This document shows, one piece after another, positions 1-10,955 of a stretch of 64,000 nucleotides of DNA. The notes beneath the pieces are model-generated. The model was not told the origin of the DNA. It searched no databases and saw nothing but the letters and a program-made list of their open reading frames with translations. The translations under genes were made by a program, and so were the position numbers. The DNA lies in the NCBI GenBank assembly GCA_038321985.1, contig JBBQFN010000023.1, forward strand, positions 21,365 through 85,364, written 5' to 3'. Every line of letters starts with the position of its first letter. The first letter of the stretch is position 1. Source of the stretch: Cyanophyceae cyanobacterium. Its GTDB lineage: Bacteria > Cyanobacteriota > Cyanobacteriia > Cyanobacteriales > Laspinemataceae.

Positions 1-124
1 GTAGCCATTCTACGGCTTTATTCATGTCTCCATCGTTTTCAGTGAGCGCTTTTTTGCAGTCCATCATGCCTGCGCCGGTTTTTTCGCGCAGTTCTTTGAC
101 CACTTTTGCAGATATGTCCGCCAT
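1..124 (-). CDS. tsf: Elongation factor Ts, N-terminal part (truncated by window start)
   Basis: Reverse strand from ATG at 124 reads [41 protein letters not shown] (EF-Ts signature); directly downstream of rpsB. Confidence 0.97.
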   Translation of the reverse strand, partial: MADISAKVVKELREKTGAGMMDCKKALTENDGDMNKAVEWL

Positions 125-345
125 TTTCTCTTCGTTTTTATCGCTTTACAATGTCCCAGAATTCTGGGGTTTTGCCATCTGCCTTTAGCGTAAGAATAGA
201 CGATTGAAGTGTCGCCGGGGAACTTTAGTCTGGGCTGTTTCTGCGGCTTCTGGATCAAAAAAGTATGGCGGGTAAATTTACCGGGTCTACTTTCTTGATC
301 CAAAAGCTGGTGCTTACTCAGTCCAGGGGTTCATGGCGATCGCTT

Positions 346-1152
346 TTATTTATCGTCGCTTTCTTCTTCGCCATCGGGTTGATAGGCTTCTTCCCCTTCT
401 TCGTCATACTCGTACTCGCCCTCTACGCCGTCGTAGTCGTATTCTTCGTCTTGACCACTAGAATCGACTTCTCCATGACGGCCTTCGTAGATGGCATCGG
501 CAAGTTTTCCGACGATTAATTTAATCGAGCGGATAGCATCATCGTTACCTGGAATGGGAATATCTGTAAAATCGGGGTCGCAGTTGGTATCCAACAAGGA
601 CACGATTGGAATATCCAGTTTTTGACATTCCTGCACGGCGTTATATTCTCGGCGCTGATCCACGATCACTACGATGTCGGGGATCTTTCTCATGTTTTTG
701 ATGCCGCCGAGGTATTTTTGCAGCTTGCTGAGTTCTCGCCGCAACATGGAGGCTTCTTTTTTCGGACGCCGATCCATTGCGCCGGTGTCTTCCATGCGTT
801 CTAATTCTTTGAGGCGATCGGCGCGGGTCTTGATCGTCGTCCAGTTAGTCAGCATTCCGCCCAACCATCGTTGGTTGACGTAGTAAGCCCCACAGCGGGA
901 GGCTTCTTGAGCAATGATTCCTGCCGCTTGGCGCTTGGTTCCTACGAATAAGACTTTTTCCCCACGCTCAGATGCCAATCGCATATAGTCGTAGGCCTCT
1001 TCCATTAACTGTGCGGTCTGCACTAGGTCAATGATATGGACGCCGTTACGCTCGGTAAAAATATACGGCGACATTTTGGGGTTCCATCGTCGGGTCTGAT
1101 GCCCAAAGTGAACCCCTGACTCTAACAGTTGAGCCAGCGAAACTACTCCCAT
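346..1152 (-). CDS. rpsB: 30S ribosomal protein S2
   Basis: [39 protein letters not shown] motifs; acidic C-tail. Confidence 0.99.
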   Translation of the reverse strand: MGVVSLAQLLESGVHFGHQTRRWNPKMSPYIFTERNGVHIIDLVQTAQLMEEAYDYMRLASERGEKVLFVGTKRQAAGIIAQEASRCGAYYVNQRWLGGMLTNWTTIKTRADRLKELERMEDTGAMDRRPKKEASMLRRELSKLQKYLGGIKNMRKIPDIVVIVDQRREYNAVQECQKLDIPIVSLLDTNCDPDFTDIPIPGNDDAIRSIKLIVGKLADAIYEGRHGEVDSSGQDEEYDYDGVEGEYEYDEEGEEAYQPDGEEESDDK

Positions 1153-1167
1153 TTTTTTCTCCTGATT

Positions 1168-1245
1168 CGGGTTAATCCTCCATCCGAGCGGATTTCTAGG
1201 TCGCGATCGCGCCTTGGAAACACCCGAAACCCCGGATGTGCGAGA
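1168..1245 (-). promoter_or_regulatory. rpsB-tsf 5' leader (S2 autoregulatory, t44-like RNA)
   Basis: Minus strand CACATCCG...GGGTG...CGGATGGAGGATTAACCC: CATCCG/CGGATG stem, GGGTG and GGAGG..AACCC elements as in the S2-binding leader; TGTTATTCT extended -10-like box just upstream. Confidence 0.8.
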
Positions 1246-1968
1246 TTAGACAACTTTACTAGAATAACACGACTGCATTACTTCTAACGCTTTTATTTTT
1301 ACCCTTCTGCTGAGTCTGGGTCTCGGACCTATCCCTCATCCTCCGGTCTGCTCCAGGGTTTGACCGCTTGGAGGCCCCCACTCAGTCCGGAGTTCCCTCG
1401 GTTGGTCTCCTTCTGTTGGTCACCGTAGAATCTATTCGTTCTGTTGCCCATCCTGGATTTTCTCGGCTTCTCTATCTATAGAGGTAGTAAATGAATACTT
1501 TTTTGAGACACACCTACCTAAAGATTGATTTAATTTTAAGTCTTCTCTTTCTTTAGAAAGATTATTAAAAAGTTTCTTCAAGACTTAGGGGGAAGCCTGT
1601 TAATAATTTGCGGGTTAGACTCCTAGTCAATTCACAGGCTCTTTACCTAAATTTTACAGTTTATTCCGTAATTACACGCACCTCAATCCCTTTTACTGCC
1701 TTGATTCTGAAGAACAATAAGTAGAAAAACTTATTAAAAAAATGATATTGCTTTAGTAAAGTTCAGTAAAAACACTGGGCAGATGAATTGGTAAATTTTA
1801 AAATGTTCAAATATGATGCAATTTGGTCATTCAATCCAGTCTGTTGCTGTCTTTTCTTTGAGAGGGGGATGCAGGAAATAATCCCTCCTTGAAAGAGTTG
1901 TTTTTAAATAATTTTGTTTGCTGCTTCTTTAAGACCTAACACCGATTTCCAAATTTAGGGAGAAAATC

Positions 1969-2565
1969 ATGAATGCAACTCTTTTAACCCGTTCCACGTT
2001 GGCTATCACTGGCGCAGTCTTCAGTTTAGGTGCGATCGCCATTCATCCCGCTTCTGCCGCACGCATTACTTATGATTTCTTTATCTCTGTTCGCGACCTA
2101 TCTGCTCCCCTAACCGGACGGTTTAGCTATGATGAAGCCACTGAAGTGAATACCTTCTATGACTTTGGTGACTACGGTTTCCCGCCGTGGGGGGTGTGGA
2201 CTTATGAAGTGAAACAATACGAGGTCGATTTCATAGAATTCTCCTTCCTCGATCAAGTTTATACCCAAGCGGATGCCCTATCACCGATTTCATTTAGTAT
2301 GCACTATGCAGATACTCAGGAAATTGGAGAAGTTTTATCTTGGGAAACAGAGGACTTTAGGTTTACGGGCGGAGGTTATAGAATGGAAGCGGTTTGGACC
2401 GGATTTCAGGGCAAAAAAACCAATCTCTATGATTCTTGGTCTGTTGATTTTTCCCGAGTCCAAGAAGAACCGACATCCGTTCCAGAACCCAGCATCCTCG
2501 GTGCATTCTCAGTTGTAGGTATTGCTGGACTTTTGTGGAAAAAGCGGGTGAAGGCAGTAGAATAA
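1969..2565 (+). CDS. PEP-CTERM sorting domain protein
   Basis: Signal peptide ending PASAA; C-terminal VPEPS + hydrophobic segment + KKR. Confidence 0.92.
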   Translation: MNATLLTRSTLAITGAVFSLGAIAIHPASAARITYDFFISVRDLSAPLTGRFSYDEATEVNTFYDFGDYGFPPWGVWTYEVKQYEVDFIEFSFLDQVYTQADALSPISFSMHYADTQEIGEVLSWETEDFRFTGGGYRMEAVWTGFQGKKTNLYDSWSVDFSRVQEEPTSVPEPSILGAFSVVGIAGLLWKKRVKAVE

Positions 2566-2602
2566 TTTGGAAAACTAGGAGAGCCGATCGCCTCTTCACT
2601 CC

Positions 2603-3541
2603 TTACTTTTTTCCCTCTCCATTTGCTGCTGCATAAACGGCTTGAACATTGTACCAGTTTAAGAAAATTCGGGCCACTTCTAAGGCAATCTGGGATTTTC
2701 CTTGGTCTATCAACCATTGTAAAAATCCGGCCATTGTCCGTTCGTTTAAGCTCCCTCCCAGGGACAGAATACCCCATAAAATTCGATGCAATACCGTCAT
2801 TTGAATCATCATCCGTACTTCCCAAGTGGGATGTTTTTTGTAAAAGACCACTCCCATTTTTCCTCGTTCAATTTCTCGGTTAATAGCCCCAGGTAAATCA
2901 TCCAAGGTAAAGGGGGGATGCCAATGATATCCGGCTGCTTGGGGACATTTTATCAATTTTAAGCCTAATTTTTTCAGGCGAACTCCCAGTTCTAAGTCTT
3001 CCCACCCATACAGGGAAAAGGAAGGGTCAAATCCTCCCGCTTGTAGTAACCATTTTCGGGCGATCGCCACGTTCCCTGTTGCAAAATAAGCGGCGGAAAA
3101 ATCAGTGATTTTATAAGGTTCTGCGGTGGGATTATCAAAATTGCAGGTATTAATTACATGACCATAGGTAAATAGGCGATCGCTTCCTATTTTCTCCTCT
3201 CCCTCCCTTAAACCCTCGGCATGAGCTTGGATGAAATTTTCAGTTACTACTAAATCACTATCAATAAAAATAATTATCTCCCCTCGGGCTGCTTCTATTC
3301 CCCGGTTTCTCGCTGTCGCCGGTCCTTGATGAGCTTGTTCCAGCCACCGCACATGGGAAAAGTCTTGCCGATTTTCGGCTAACCATTCTAAGGTTCCATC
3401 GGTTGAACCATCATCGATGACGATGACTTCATAGCCGCTAATTTGACAGTCTGCTTTAAACTTTTGCCCTTCTACTGCTCGCAAGCATTTCTCTAAAATC
3501 GGTCGGCGATTATAGGTTGGAATAATGATGCTAAAAAACAC
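2603..3541 (-). CDS. Glycosyltransferase family 2
   Basis: SIIIPTYNR, IDDGSTDGT, ARNRG, FIDSD, WEDLELG motifs. Confidence 0.93.
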   Translation of the reverse strand: MFFSIIIPTYNRRPILEKCLRAVEGQKFKADCQISGYEVIVIDDGSTDGTLEWLAENRQDFSHVRWLEQAHQGPATARNRGIEAARGEIIIFIDSDLVVTENFIQAHAEGLREGEEKIGSDRLFTYGHVINTCNFDNPTAEPYKITDFSAAYFATGNVAIARKWLLQAGGFDPSFSLYGWEDLELGVRLKKLGLKLIKCPQAAGYHWHPPFTLDDLPGAINREIERGKMGVVFYKKHPTWEVRMMIQMTVLHRILWGILSLGGSLNERTMAGFLQWLIDQGKSQIALEVARIFLNWYNVQAVYAAANGEGKK

Positions 3542-4089
3542 GGTTTCCCCTCAAACAACAAATCTAGACTCTCGCGATCGCTGCTATGCGCCAATCTCCT
3601 CTATTTTAGAGGGTTGTCTCTTCCCGGGAAAAGAGTTGTCTCATATCATAGGGCGGCGGATTTGTCAAGGGGGGGGATTTAAGCTGGTGGAAAAACTTGT
3701 GCAAGAAGGGTGATGGTAGGGAGTGGAATTTTGGGGCTTGCCGGGGATTGGATAACGATTTTTCTAGGGTTTTGGCTGCTGCAAGCGGTGTCTTCCTGAA
3801 ATTAGACACAGTAACCCCTTGGTTTCCTCCCTAATTATAGCCTACAAACCTTGTCAATGCGTGGATGGATTTTGGCAATTTTTAGAGGAATTTAGGAATT
3901 TGAATTTGAAGATTTAATTGAATTTAGAGAGTTATTAAGGTTTAGCTAATGAATCGAGTCATCTTGCCGGGGTTTTAGGTTGCCAACTTGAAATAAAAGA
4001 TTGTATGTTAACAACAATACAAAGAGTAGGGATATTTACTTTCTAAGAAAGAAAGAAACGGCTGAAGTCGTTAATAAAAGATTTATACC

Positions 4090-4719
4090 TCATTCGATGC
4101 CATTGTGATGGAGGAGACTGAGGAACCCAAAACCCGAGAGGGCGGAGATCGCCAGCCAGGTGAAGGCTAAACCGATGACTTCGCCAAAAAATAGGCCGGT
4201 GATAGAGCGGAGGATGCCGCCAACTGCCCATCCAGAGGGTAAGGCAACTGCCCAACTGAGGGAGGAGATAGGTATCCACCAGGCGGCGTTAGAGAAGTAG
4301 CGATTGAGGACAAACCATTGCCCTAAGCCTAGGACAGTGCCGACGATTGCGCCATCGATCAAGCCATAGAGCAGGCGGATAGTCAGGAGTTCGGTGCGAG
4401 GTGCGATCCAACCCAGAGCACCGAGACTGCTACTGCCAATGAGTACCCAAGCGGTGATGGTGGCAATGATCCACCAGGTAATCTGGTAGAGTCTTCGTCG
4501 CAGGACTAGCCATTGGGCGATCGCAATGACACTGCTCCCGACTGCGCCAGAGATAGCCCCCAGGTGAGGTCTGACGCCGATTTCTACAAACAGTAAACTG
4601 ACTAGAAAACCCAGCCCTGTAGCCAACACCCACTGAAACCAAAAACTCCATCCAAAGAGGATAGAACTTTTAGGATTAGGAACATTAAGTTGTTGGGGGA
4701 CCGGGAGATTGGACGACAT
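4090..4719 (-). CDS. Hypothetical multi-pass membrane protein
   Basis: Repeated hydrophobic helices with G/A-QW-xxL-R motifs; start taken at ATG 4719 to avoid overlap with the upstream gene. Confidence 0.75.
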   Translation of the reverse strand: MSSNLPVPQQLNVPNPKSSILFGWSFWFQWVLATGLGFLVSLLFVEIGVRPHLGAISGAVGSSVIAIAQWLVLRRRLYQITWWIIATITAWVLIGSSSLGALGWIAPRTELLTIRLLYGLIDGAIVGTVLGLGQWFVLNRYFSNAAWWIPISSLSWAVALPSGWAVGGILRSITGLFFGEVIGLAFTWLAISALSGFGFLSLLHHNGIE

Positions 4720-4738
4720 GAATTGAGACCTGGAAAGC

Positions 4739-5992
4739 CTAGGGGGTGGGTTGAGAAAATAGGTCTCGGAATGCCTTTCGACGTTCTGGGGGTGACTCTG
4801 GGGTGAGATAACTCCATAGGGTTTCCCAATAGAAAAAGGATACCCCATCTAAGCCGCGATCGCGCACAACTTGGACCTGTTCCTGGATTTGTTTCATAGG
4901 GACAGACCGTCCCAATGTGCCGGTGAGGATGCCAATGCCAACGGGAATTTTCTGTTTCGCTGCCTGGATTGCCGGTTGTGTTAATTCGGTTTGAAATGCG
5001 TTTAAATCATTGCGATAGACCTGCACTAGCAGTTCATCTACCCAACCGCGTTTTACCCAGGTTTCCCAATCTTGGAGATATTTGCGATAGGCAAAGTCTT
5101 GGGAGTTGGGAGAAAGGGAGACAATGCAATCGGGATTGACGGATTTAATTGCTTGATACAGGGTTTCCATAAAGGTCGAAATTTTATCTGCACGCCAGCG
5201 CATCCAGTCAGCATCAAAGGGATTATCCGGTGGGGATGAACCTTGATGTTCTTGGCGATAAAGGTTGAGGGTAAAGCTATCATAACCGGATTCTACGGGC
5301 ATTCCAAAATGGTCATCCAGTTGAATGCCATCGATAGGGTATTGGGTGACTAATTCTACAATTAGGTCAAGGATGAAGTCTTGGACATCAGGATGTAAGG
5401 GGTTTAGCCAAACATTTTGGGGAACTAGAAATTGTTGCCAGTTTTGCTTAGGAGGTGGTGGGTTGGGAATAGTAGTGGGATTGAGTTCATCGGGGATTTC
5501 GGTTTGAGTTTTTTGACCTTGTTGGGTTTCACTTAACCATTGTGGGTGTAATTTAGCTAAGTTAGAGGTGCGGGGGGTCATGAATCCATATTCAAACCAG
5601 GGAATGACTCGAATGTTATGGCGATCGCCTAATTTAAGAATTTGGTCCAGCAGATCTGCGCCTAAATGAAAAAGGCTTAACATTGGTGCTTGAGACCTTC
5701 CTGTTTCTCGTTTAGCAACTGTACTTTGATAAAAGGTATTTCCTCGGTTCCATACCACTGGGTAAAGGGTATTAAAATTTTGTTTGGCAAGTTGATGCAT
5801 GGCTAGATGTACTCCCCAGGGGGTAAACAGTACCCCGCTGGCAACATTTGTTAACCACACGCCTCTAATTTCCATAGAGGCGGGAGTTTCCGGTTTGGTT
5901 GCTTCTAAGGATAAGGAAGGAAATAGGAACCAGGCAATTGCTACGCCTAAAATTATTCCGTATGCCCACCGGATCCAGTTTTTTTCACTCAT
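4739..5992 (-). CDS. Glycoside hydrolase-like 10 (DUF187/YddW family) protein
   Basis: EIRGVWLTN, PWFEYGF, WLNPLHPDVQ, DGIQLDDHF, YLQDW motifs; N-terminal hydrophobic anchor; start at MSEKN. Confidence 0.9.
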   Translation of the reverse strand: MSEKNWIRWAYGIILGVAIAWFLFPSLSLEATKPETPASMEIRGVWLTNVASGVLFTPWGVHLAMHQLAKQNFNTLYPVVWNRGNTFYQSTVAKRETGRSQAPMLSLFHLGADLLDQILKLGDRHNIRVIPWFEYGFMTPRTSNLAKLHPQWLSETQQGQKTQTEIPDELNPTTIPNPPPPKQNWQQFLVPQNVWLNPLHPDVQDFILDLIVELVTQYPIDGIQLDDHFGMPVESGYDSFTLNLYRQEHQGSSPPDNPFDADWMRWRADKISTFMETLYQAIKSVNPDCIVSLSPNSQDFAYRKYLQDWETWVKRGWVDELLVQVYRNDLNAFQTELTQPAIQAAKQKIPVGIGILTGTLGRSVPMKQIQEQVQVVRDRGLDGVSFFYWETLWSYLTPESPPERRKAFRDLFSQPTP

Positions 5993-6124
5993 CAATCTCA
6001 ACGATACTCGATTAAAAATTAGCCCCGGGTTAATTTTATCATCATCCTATAACAATTTTAAAAATTTTAAATTAGGTCGAATTAAAGACGAGATTGGGGT
6101 TTATTATTTCCGCAACCCAGAGGC

Positions 6125-7387
6125 TTAAATTTGAAGGTTGTCTTTTTTATGGGTTTGCGATCGCACGGGTACAGGTGAAATAGCCGGTTCTGAAAATAAG
6201 GCTTGAAAACTATTACGCCGCTGTTCAGGAGATTCGGATGCCACCTTTCCCCACAAACTTTCCCAGTAGAAAAAGGCGAATCCCGCAAATCCGCGATCGC
6301 GGGCAAACTTAACCCGATCTTCTATCTCAGTAAAGGCAATTGGACGTTTCATAGTGCCACTTAAAATACCCACTCCTACCCGAGTCAGATTGCGGGCATA
6401 CCAAACCGTTGAAATATCTAGTTCTGCCTCAAATCGACTTAACTCCGAATGATACACCTGTAAAAACAACTCATCAATCCATCCCGCTTCCACCCAGGTT
6501 AACCAATCTTGGAGATAGTGACCATAAGCAAAACTTTGAGAATTGGCAGCGAGGGAAATTGCACAATCGGGATTGACAAATTGGACCGTTTGGTAGATGC
6601 GTTCCATAAAATCATTAATCTTGTTCGCCCGCCAGCGTACCCACTCAGCATTATAGGGATTACTAGGGGGAGAATTTCCCCAATGTTCGGCTTGATAGAG
6701 GGCGATGGTGTAAGGGTCATATCCCAACTCAACCGGCAGGCCAAAATTATCATCAAATTGAATCGCATCAATGGGATAATTAGCTACTACTTCCACAATT
6801 AACCGCAGGAGAAAATTCTGCACTTCCGGATGCAAGGGATTTAACCAAACCTGCTGAATCGTTAAGGGATTTTCCGTAAAAATTGGCGCTAATTCTTCCT
6901 CCCGCAGGTTTTGGCTATTATCGGGATGTCGGGTTACCCAATCCGGGTGACGCTTCACTAATTCGGAGTTTGCCGGTGCCATAAACCCATATTCAAACCA
7001 GGGAACCACCCGCAATCCCAAAGACTGCCCATCGGCAATAATTTCCCCGAGGACGTCGGTTTTGCCCCGCATTAGGGAAAGTAACCCGTCCTGCGATCGC
7101 CCAGTCACCTGCTTTGAGGCTATACTCGGATAAAAAGTCTGTCCCCGATTCCAAACCACGGGATAAACTGTATTAAAATTAAGATCCGAGAGTTCCTGCA
7201 AGGCGTGATGAACCGCCCCAGGCACAAACAAGACATCACTCCCCACATTGGTCAGCCAGACCCCGCGAATTTCTTCCCGGGCTGGAGTTTCGGGTTTAGC
7301 ACTATTTGGGATAAAACCCATCGCCCAGGCAACTGCCAACAGTAAACCCAAGGCGACATTCAAGCATCGGCGAACTTTCCGGTTCAT
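6125..7387 (-). CDS. Glycoside hydrolase-like 10 (DUF187/YddW family) protein, tandem paralog
   Basis: EIRGVWLTN, PWFEYGF, WLNPLHPEVQ, DAIQFDDNF motifs; N-terminal signal/anchor. Confidence 0.9.
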   Translation of the reverse strand: MNRKVRRCLNVALGLLLAVAWAMGFIPNSAKPETPAREEIRGVWLTNVGSDVLFVPGAVHHALQELSDLNFNTVYPVVWNRGQTFYPSIASKQVTGRSQDGLLSLMRGKTDVLGEIIADGQSLGLRVVPWFEYGFMAPANSELVKRHPDWVTRHPDNSQNLREEELAPIFTENPLTIQQVWLNPLHPEVQNFLLRLIVEVVANYPIDAIQFDDNFGLPVELGYDPYTIALYQAEHWGNSPPSNPYNAEWVRWRANKINDFMERIYQTVQFVNPDCAISLAANSQSFAYGHYLQDWLTWVEAGWIDELFLQVYHSELSRFEAELDISTVWYARNLTRVGVGILSGTMKRPIAFTEIEDRVKFARDRGFAGFAFFYWESLWGKVASESPEQRRNSFQALFSEPAISPVPVRSQTHKKDNLQI

Positions 7388-7606
7388 TTCGTGAACACAC
7401 TTAACCGCTGATATGGACCTACCCTGTCAAACTTTATGAAAACACCCATCTAAATCTGTGATCTCTAGTCGTTAATTTTTGTTAAGATTAACCCAACACA
7501 GCCAACACCGGACGGATAGTGCGGCCCCCAGATGCCCCGATCGCGTCTGATTTTTCCGGATCCGTCGCTGAACTTGCCTTTGTTCCATCTGCCTTGGAGA
7601 TATTGG

Positions 7607-9298
7607 ATGCTACGACTCGAACATATTAGTAAAATTTACCCGACTGGCGAAGTTCTCAAAGATATTAACTGGGAAGTCAAACCGGGCGATCGCATTGGTT
7701 TAGTCGGCGTCAACGGGGCCGGAAAATCTACCCAACTCAAAATCGTGGCTGGGGAAATCGAACCCACTGCCGGAGAAATTATCCGTCCGACAAATCTACA
7801 CATCGCCTACCTCACCCAAGAATTCGAGGTAGACCCCACTTGCACCGTCCGGGAAGAATTTTGGACAGTATTTAAAGAAGCAAACCAAGTTCAGCATGAC
7901 TTGTTGGACGTCCAACACGCCATGCAAACCGCTTCCGAGGCAGAACTCGACAAACTGATCAACAAACTCGATAAACTGCACCGCAAATTTGAAGCCTTAG
8001 ATGGTTATACCCTAGAAGCGCAAATCGAGAAAATCCTGCCCGAAATGGGATTCGTCGCCGAAGATGGCGATCGCCTCGTCAGTGCCTTTAGTGGGGGCTG
8101 GCAGATGCGGATGAGCTTAGGCAAAATTTTGTTACAAAGTCCTGACTTATTGCTGCTGGATGAACCGACAAACCATCTAGACTTAGAAACCATCGAATGG
8201 TTAGAAACCTACCTCAAGGGATTAATCACCCCAATGGTCATCGTTTCCCATGACCGGGAATTCCTCGATCGCCTCTGCACCCAAATCGTCGAAACCGAAC
8301 GGGGCGTCTCCAACACCTATCTCGGCAACTATTCCTCTTACTTAGAGCAAAAAGCCTTCAATCGCGACGCCCAACTGAGTGCCTACGAACGCCAACAGAA
8401 AGAACTAGAAAAACAACAAGTCTTTGTTGAGCGGTTCCGTGCCAGTGCCACCCGCAGTACCCAAGCCAAAAGCCGAGAAAAACAACTCGACAAAATTGAA
8501 CGTATAGAAGCCCCCGAAGGCACCTTAAAAACCCTTCGGTTCCAATTTCCCCCAGCCCCCCGCAGTGGACGAGAAGTCGTAGATATCAAAAACTTAGTCC
8601 ATACTTACGACGACAAAATCCTGTTTTTAGGCACCGATTTGTTTGTCGAACGAGGCGATCGCATTGCCTTTTTAGGACCCAACGGTTCAGGCAAATCCAC
8701 CCTGCTGCGCATGATCATGGGCATGGAAACAGCCAAAGAAGGCAGCATCCAACTCGGACAACATAACGTCATTCCCGGCTATTTTGAACAAAATCAAGCC
8801 GAAGCCTTAGAACTCACTAAAAGCGTCATGGATACCATTCATGACGAAGTACCCGAGTGGAAAAACGAAGAAGTTCGCACCTTACTGGGACGATTTCTCT
8901 TCAGTGGAGACACCGTATTCAAACCCGTAGAAGCCCTCAGTGGCGGAGAAAAAGCCCGTTTAGCCCTAGCTAAAATGCTCTTGCGTCCCGCCAACCTCCT
9001 CCTCCTAGACGAACCTACAAACCATCTAGACATCCCCGCCAAAGAGATGCTAGAAGAAGCCCTGCAAAACTACGATGGCACGGTTATTATTGTCTCCCAC
9101 GACCGTTATTTTATCTCCAAAGTCGCCAATAAAATAGTCGAAATCCGCGACGGCGAATTCCGACCCTACCTCGGAGACTATCACTACTACCTCGATAAAA
9201 TAGCCGAAGAAAAAGAACAAGAACGCCAATCCAAAATAGCCTCCGAGAAAGCCACCAAAAAAGCCGCAAAACAATCTAAAGCTGCTGCTAAAAAATAG
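7607..9298 (+). CDS. ABC-F family ATPase
   Basis: Two ABC cassettes (GVNGAGKST, FSGGW, LLLDEPTNHLD; GPNGSGKST, LSGGE) joined by a QAKSREK linker; no TM helices; start at MLRLEH. Confidence 0.95.
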   Translation: MLRLEHISKIYPTGEVLKDINWEVKPGDRIGLVGVNGAGKSTQLKIVAGEIEPTAGEIIRPTNLHIAYLTQEFEVDPTCTVREEFWTVFKEANQVQHDLLDVQHAMQTASEAELDKLINKLDKLHRKFEALDGYTLEAQIEKILPEMGFVAEDGDRLVSAFSGGWQMRMSLGKILLQSPDLLLLDEPTNHLDLETIEWLETYLKGLITPMVIVSHDREFLDRLCTQIVETERGVSNTYLGNYSSYLEQKAFNRDAQLSAYERQQKELEKQQVFVERFRASATRSTQAKSREKQLDKIERIEAPEGTLKTLRFQFPPAPRSGREVVDIKNLVHTYDDKILFLGTDLFVERGDRIAFLGPNGSGKSTLLRMIMGMETAKEGSIQLGQHNVIPGYFEQNQAEALELTKSVMDTIHDEVPEWKNEEVRTLLGRFLFSGDTVFKPVEALSGGEKARLALAKMLLRPANLLLLDEPTNHLDIPAKEMLEEALQNYDGTVIIVSHDRYFISKVANKIVEIRDGEFRPYLGDYHYYLDKIAEEKEQERQSKIASEKATKKAAKQSKAAAKK

Positions 9299-9346
9299 TG
9301 TTTGTGTGTTCCCACCCTTCAGAGTGCGGGTGGGAACACACAAACA
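9299..9346. terminator. Perfect 19-bp hairpin between convergent genes (terminator or REP-like)
   Basis: TGTTTGTGTGTTCCCACCC-N10-GGGTGGGAACACACAAACA immediately after the ABC-F stop. Confidence 0.7.
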
Positions 9347-9442
9347 AAACCCTCCTACGCAGGCTAAAATTCCCCCTTCTCCGAGAAATCTTCCTCAGTG
9401 AAAATCCGTGAAATCAGTGGTTAAAATCCCCCATCCCCAAAA

Positions 9443-9964
9443 TCACTTATAATAATGCCCATAACTTGCCACCACATTCGCCGACCATAACGTACAATTG
9501 GGCGGAGAACTCCCCGCAGGAACCAAAGTCCCTTCAATCCGAGTTGGTGAAACCATCACCCCCTCAAATTTCATCATGCCACCTTGACAACAAGACCCCG
9601 TATAATACATCGTCCAGTTGACTTGATTTCCCTCAACCGTCCCAAATATTTCCGCATCTTGACAAGCATTTGAATTCGTATCCAGAATTCGCCCCGATAA
9701 TTCTATCCCGCGTTGTTCCAGGGAAGTGAGCATCCAGTAATTCCTTTGGGTACTCACATTTGAGTTTGTATGTGCAGTCACTTCAATGGCAAGCCTCCAT
9801 TGTCCACTCACAGGACCTAAATTGTTTTGGCTGATTTGGATTGACTGCTGTTTCGGCAAGGGTTTAATCCCTAAATCTCGGGCATCCGCACTCATGATAC
9901 CCACCCCAAACAGGAATCCCACACTTGAAAAAACGCCAAGGGATTTTAATGAATTTAATCTCAC
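9443..9964 (-). CDS. Hypothetical secreted beta-rich protein with 4 Cys
   Basis: Signal peptide (..GIMSADA), GGAG upstream, strand-like pattern SGQWRL..LSGRI..IFGTVEGNQVNW. Confidence 0.7.
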   Translation of the reverse strand: MRLNSLKSLGVFSSVGFLFGVGIMSADARDLGIKPLPKQQSIQISQNNLGPVSGQWRLAIEVTAHTNSNVSTQRNYWMLTSLEQRGIELSGRILDTNSNACQDAEIFGTVEGNQVNWTMYYTGSCCQGGMMKFEGVMVSPTRIEGTLVPAGSSPPNCTLWSANVVASYGHYYK

Positions 9965-10071
9965 AATCCTTCTCCGAGAACACCAAAGTTGATAAGTTCA
10001 CCCTATCGGGGTTCTCAGGGAGGAGGATTTTTTTTGACCTGATGTGAACTTTTGTTAAAAAACCTTGATTT

Positions 10072-10926
10072 TTAGCCCGATTTACGATATGTTCCCCCAT
10101 ACTGGGTACTCGGTACTTGCTCTCCCTTGTGCCAAGCGAAACCACGCACGGAGCGACTGGCGCGGATACCCATCTTGTAGTATTCGGTAAGGGCGCGATT
10201 AAAGGTGGTGTATTGCTGCCGAATTACTGGATTTTTGAGCGCGACAAATTGGCAGATAAATAGGGTAAATCCAAACCAAGAAAAGGTCACTTTGTTATAA
10301 ACAAGCTGATTTTTAAGTTGGATCTCTTGCGATCCTTTCAGTTCCTGGTAGCTGCCATCTTTGTTCAAGTTCTCCAATTGCTCTTTTAACAATCCGGCTG
10401 CCGTTCTCCATTTCTTCACCGGAACGTCATAATAGGGTTCTAATGACCACTCGATGGGTGCATTAACTTCTTCTTCGAGGGTTTTTGAAAATAATTCCCA
10501 GGGGGTGGCAAAGGGATAGGGTGTTTTAAACCCCGGGGACAACAATTTATGCCAGAAGGGTAAAATGTAGAAGAATTTGGGATGCTTCTGAGAGTGTTGA
10601 TAAATTGCCTGATGCCATACTTGTAGAGAAGCATTGGCAATTTTAATCAGTTGCCATTGTTCTCGATAGAGATTGACTCTTAAGTTAATTAAGTCATGTT
10701 TATGTTGGGAAATTTTGCCCGGATCTAAGGCATCGGCAATAGGGTCACCCGATCGCCTGATATATTTTGATCGCCAACAATCGGCAATCATCTGCTGATT
10801 GGTCCTGGTGTTATGCCATTCTGCCTGTTGTTGCGGGCTTTGACACTGTTCTAACAGGCGATCGCTGGGTAAACTAGCGATTAACTGGGCAATTTGCTCG
10901 TATTCATCCCCGTTACTTGGATTCAT
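10072..10926 (-). CDS. Hypothetical protein
   Basis: 284-aa open frame with ATG start and two TGGTATAAT boxes upstream; no recognised family. Confidence 0.75.
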   Translation of the reverse strand: MNPSNGDEYEQIAQLIASLPSDRLLEQCQSPQQQAEWHNTRTNQQMIADCWRSKYIRRSGDPIADALDPGKISQHKHDLINLRVNLYREQWQLIKIANASLQVWHQAIYQHSQKHPKFFYILPFWHKLLSPGFKTPYPFATPWELFSKTLEEEVNAPIEWSLEPYYDVPVKKWRTAAGLLKEQLENLNKDGSYQELKGSQEIQLKNQLVYNKVTFSWFGFTLFICQFVALKNPVIRQQYTTFNRALTEYYKMGIRASRSVRGFAWHKGEQVPSTQYGGTYRKSG

Positions 10927-10955
10927 ATTTTCTACGCCGATCGCAGCTTTTTCCG

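Noticed and set aside
265..519. Hydrophobic 84-aa plus-strand ORF
   Set aside because: Antisense of the acidic rpsB tail
1300..1400. GC-rich possible structured RNA upstream of rpsB
   Set aside because: Only short stems visible and no recognisable family; cannot be supported by eye
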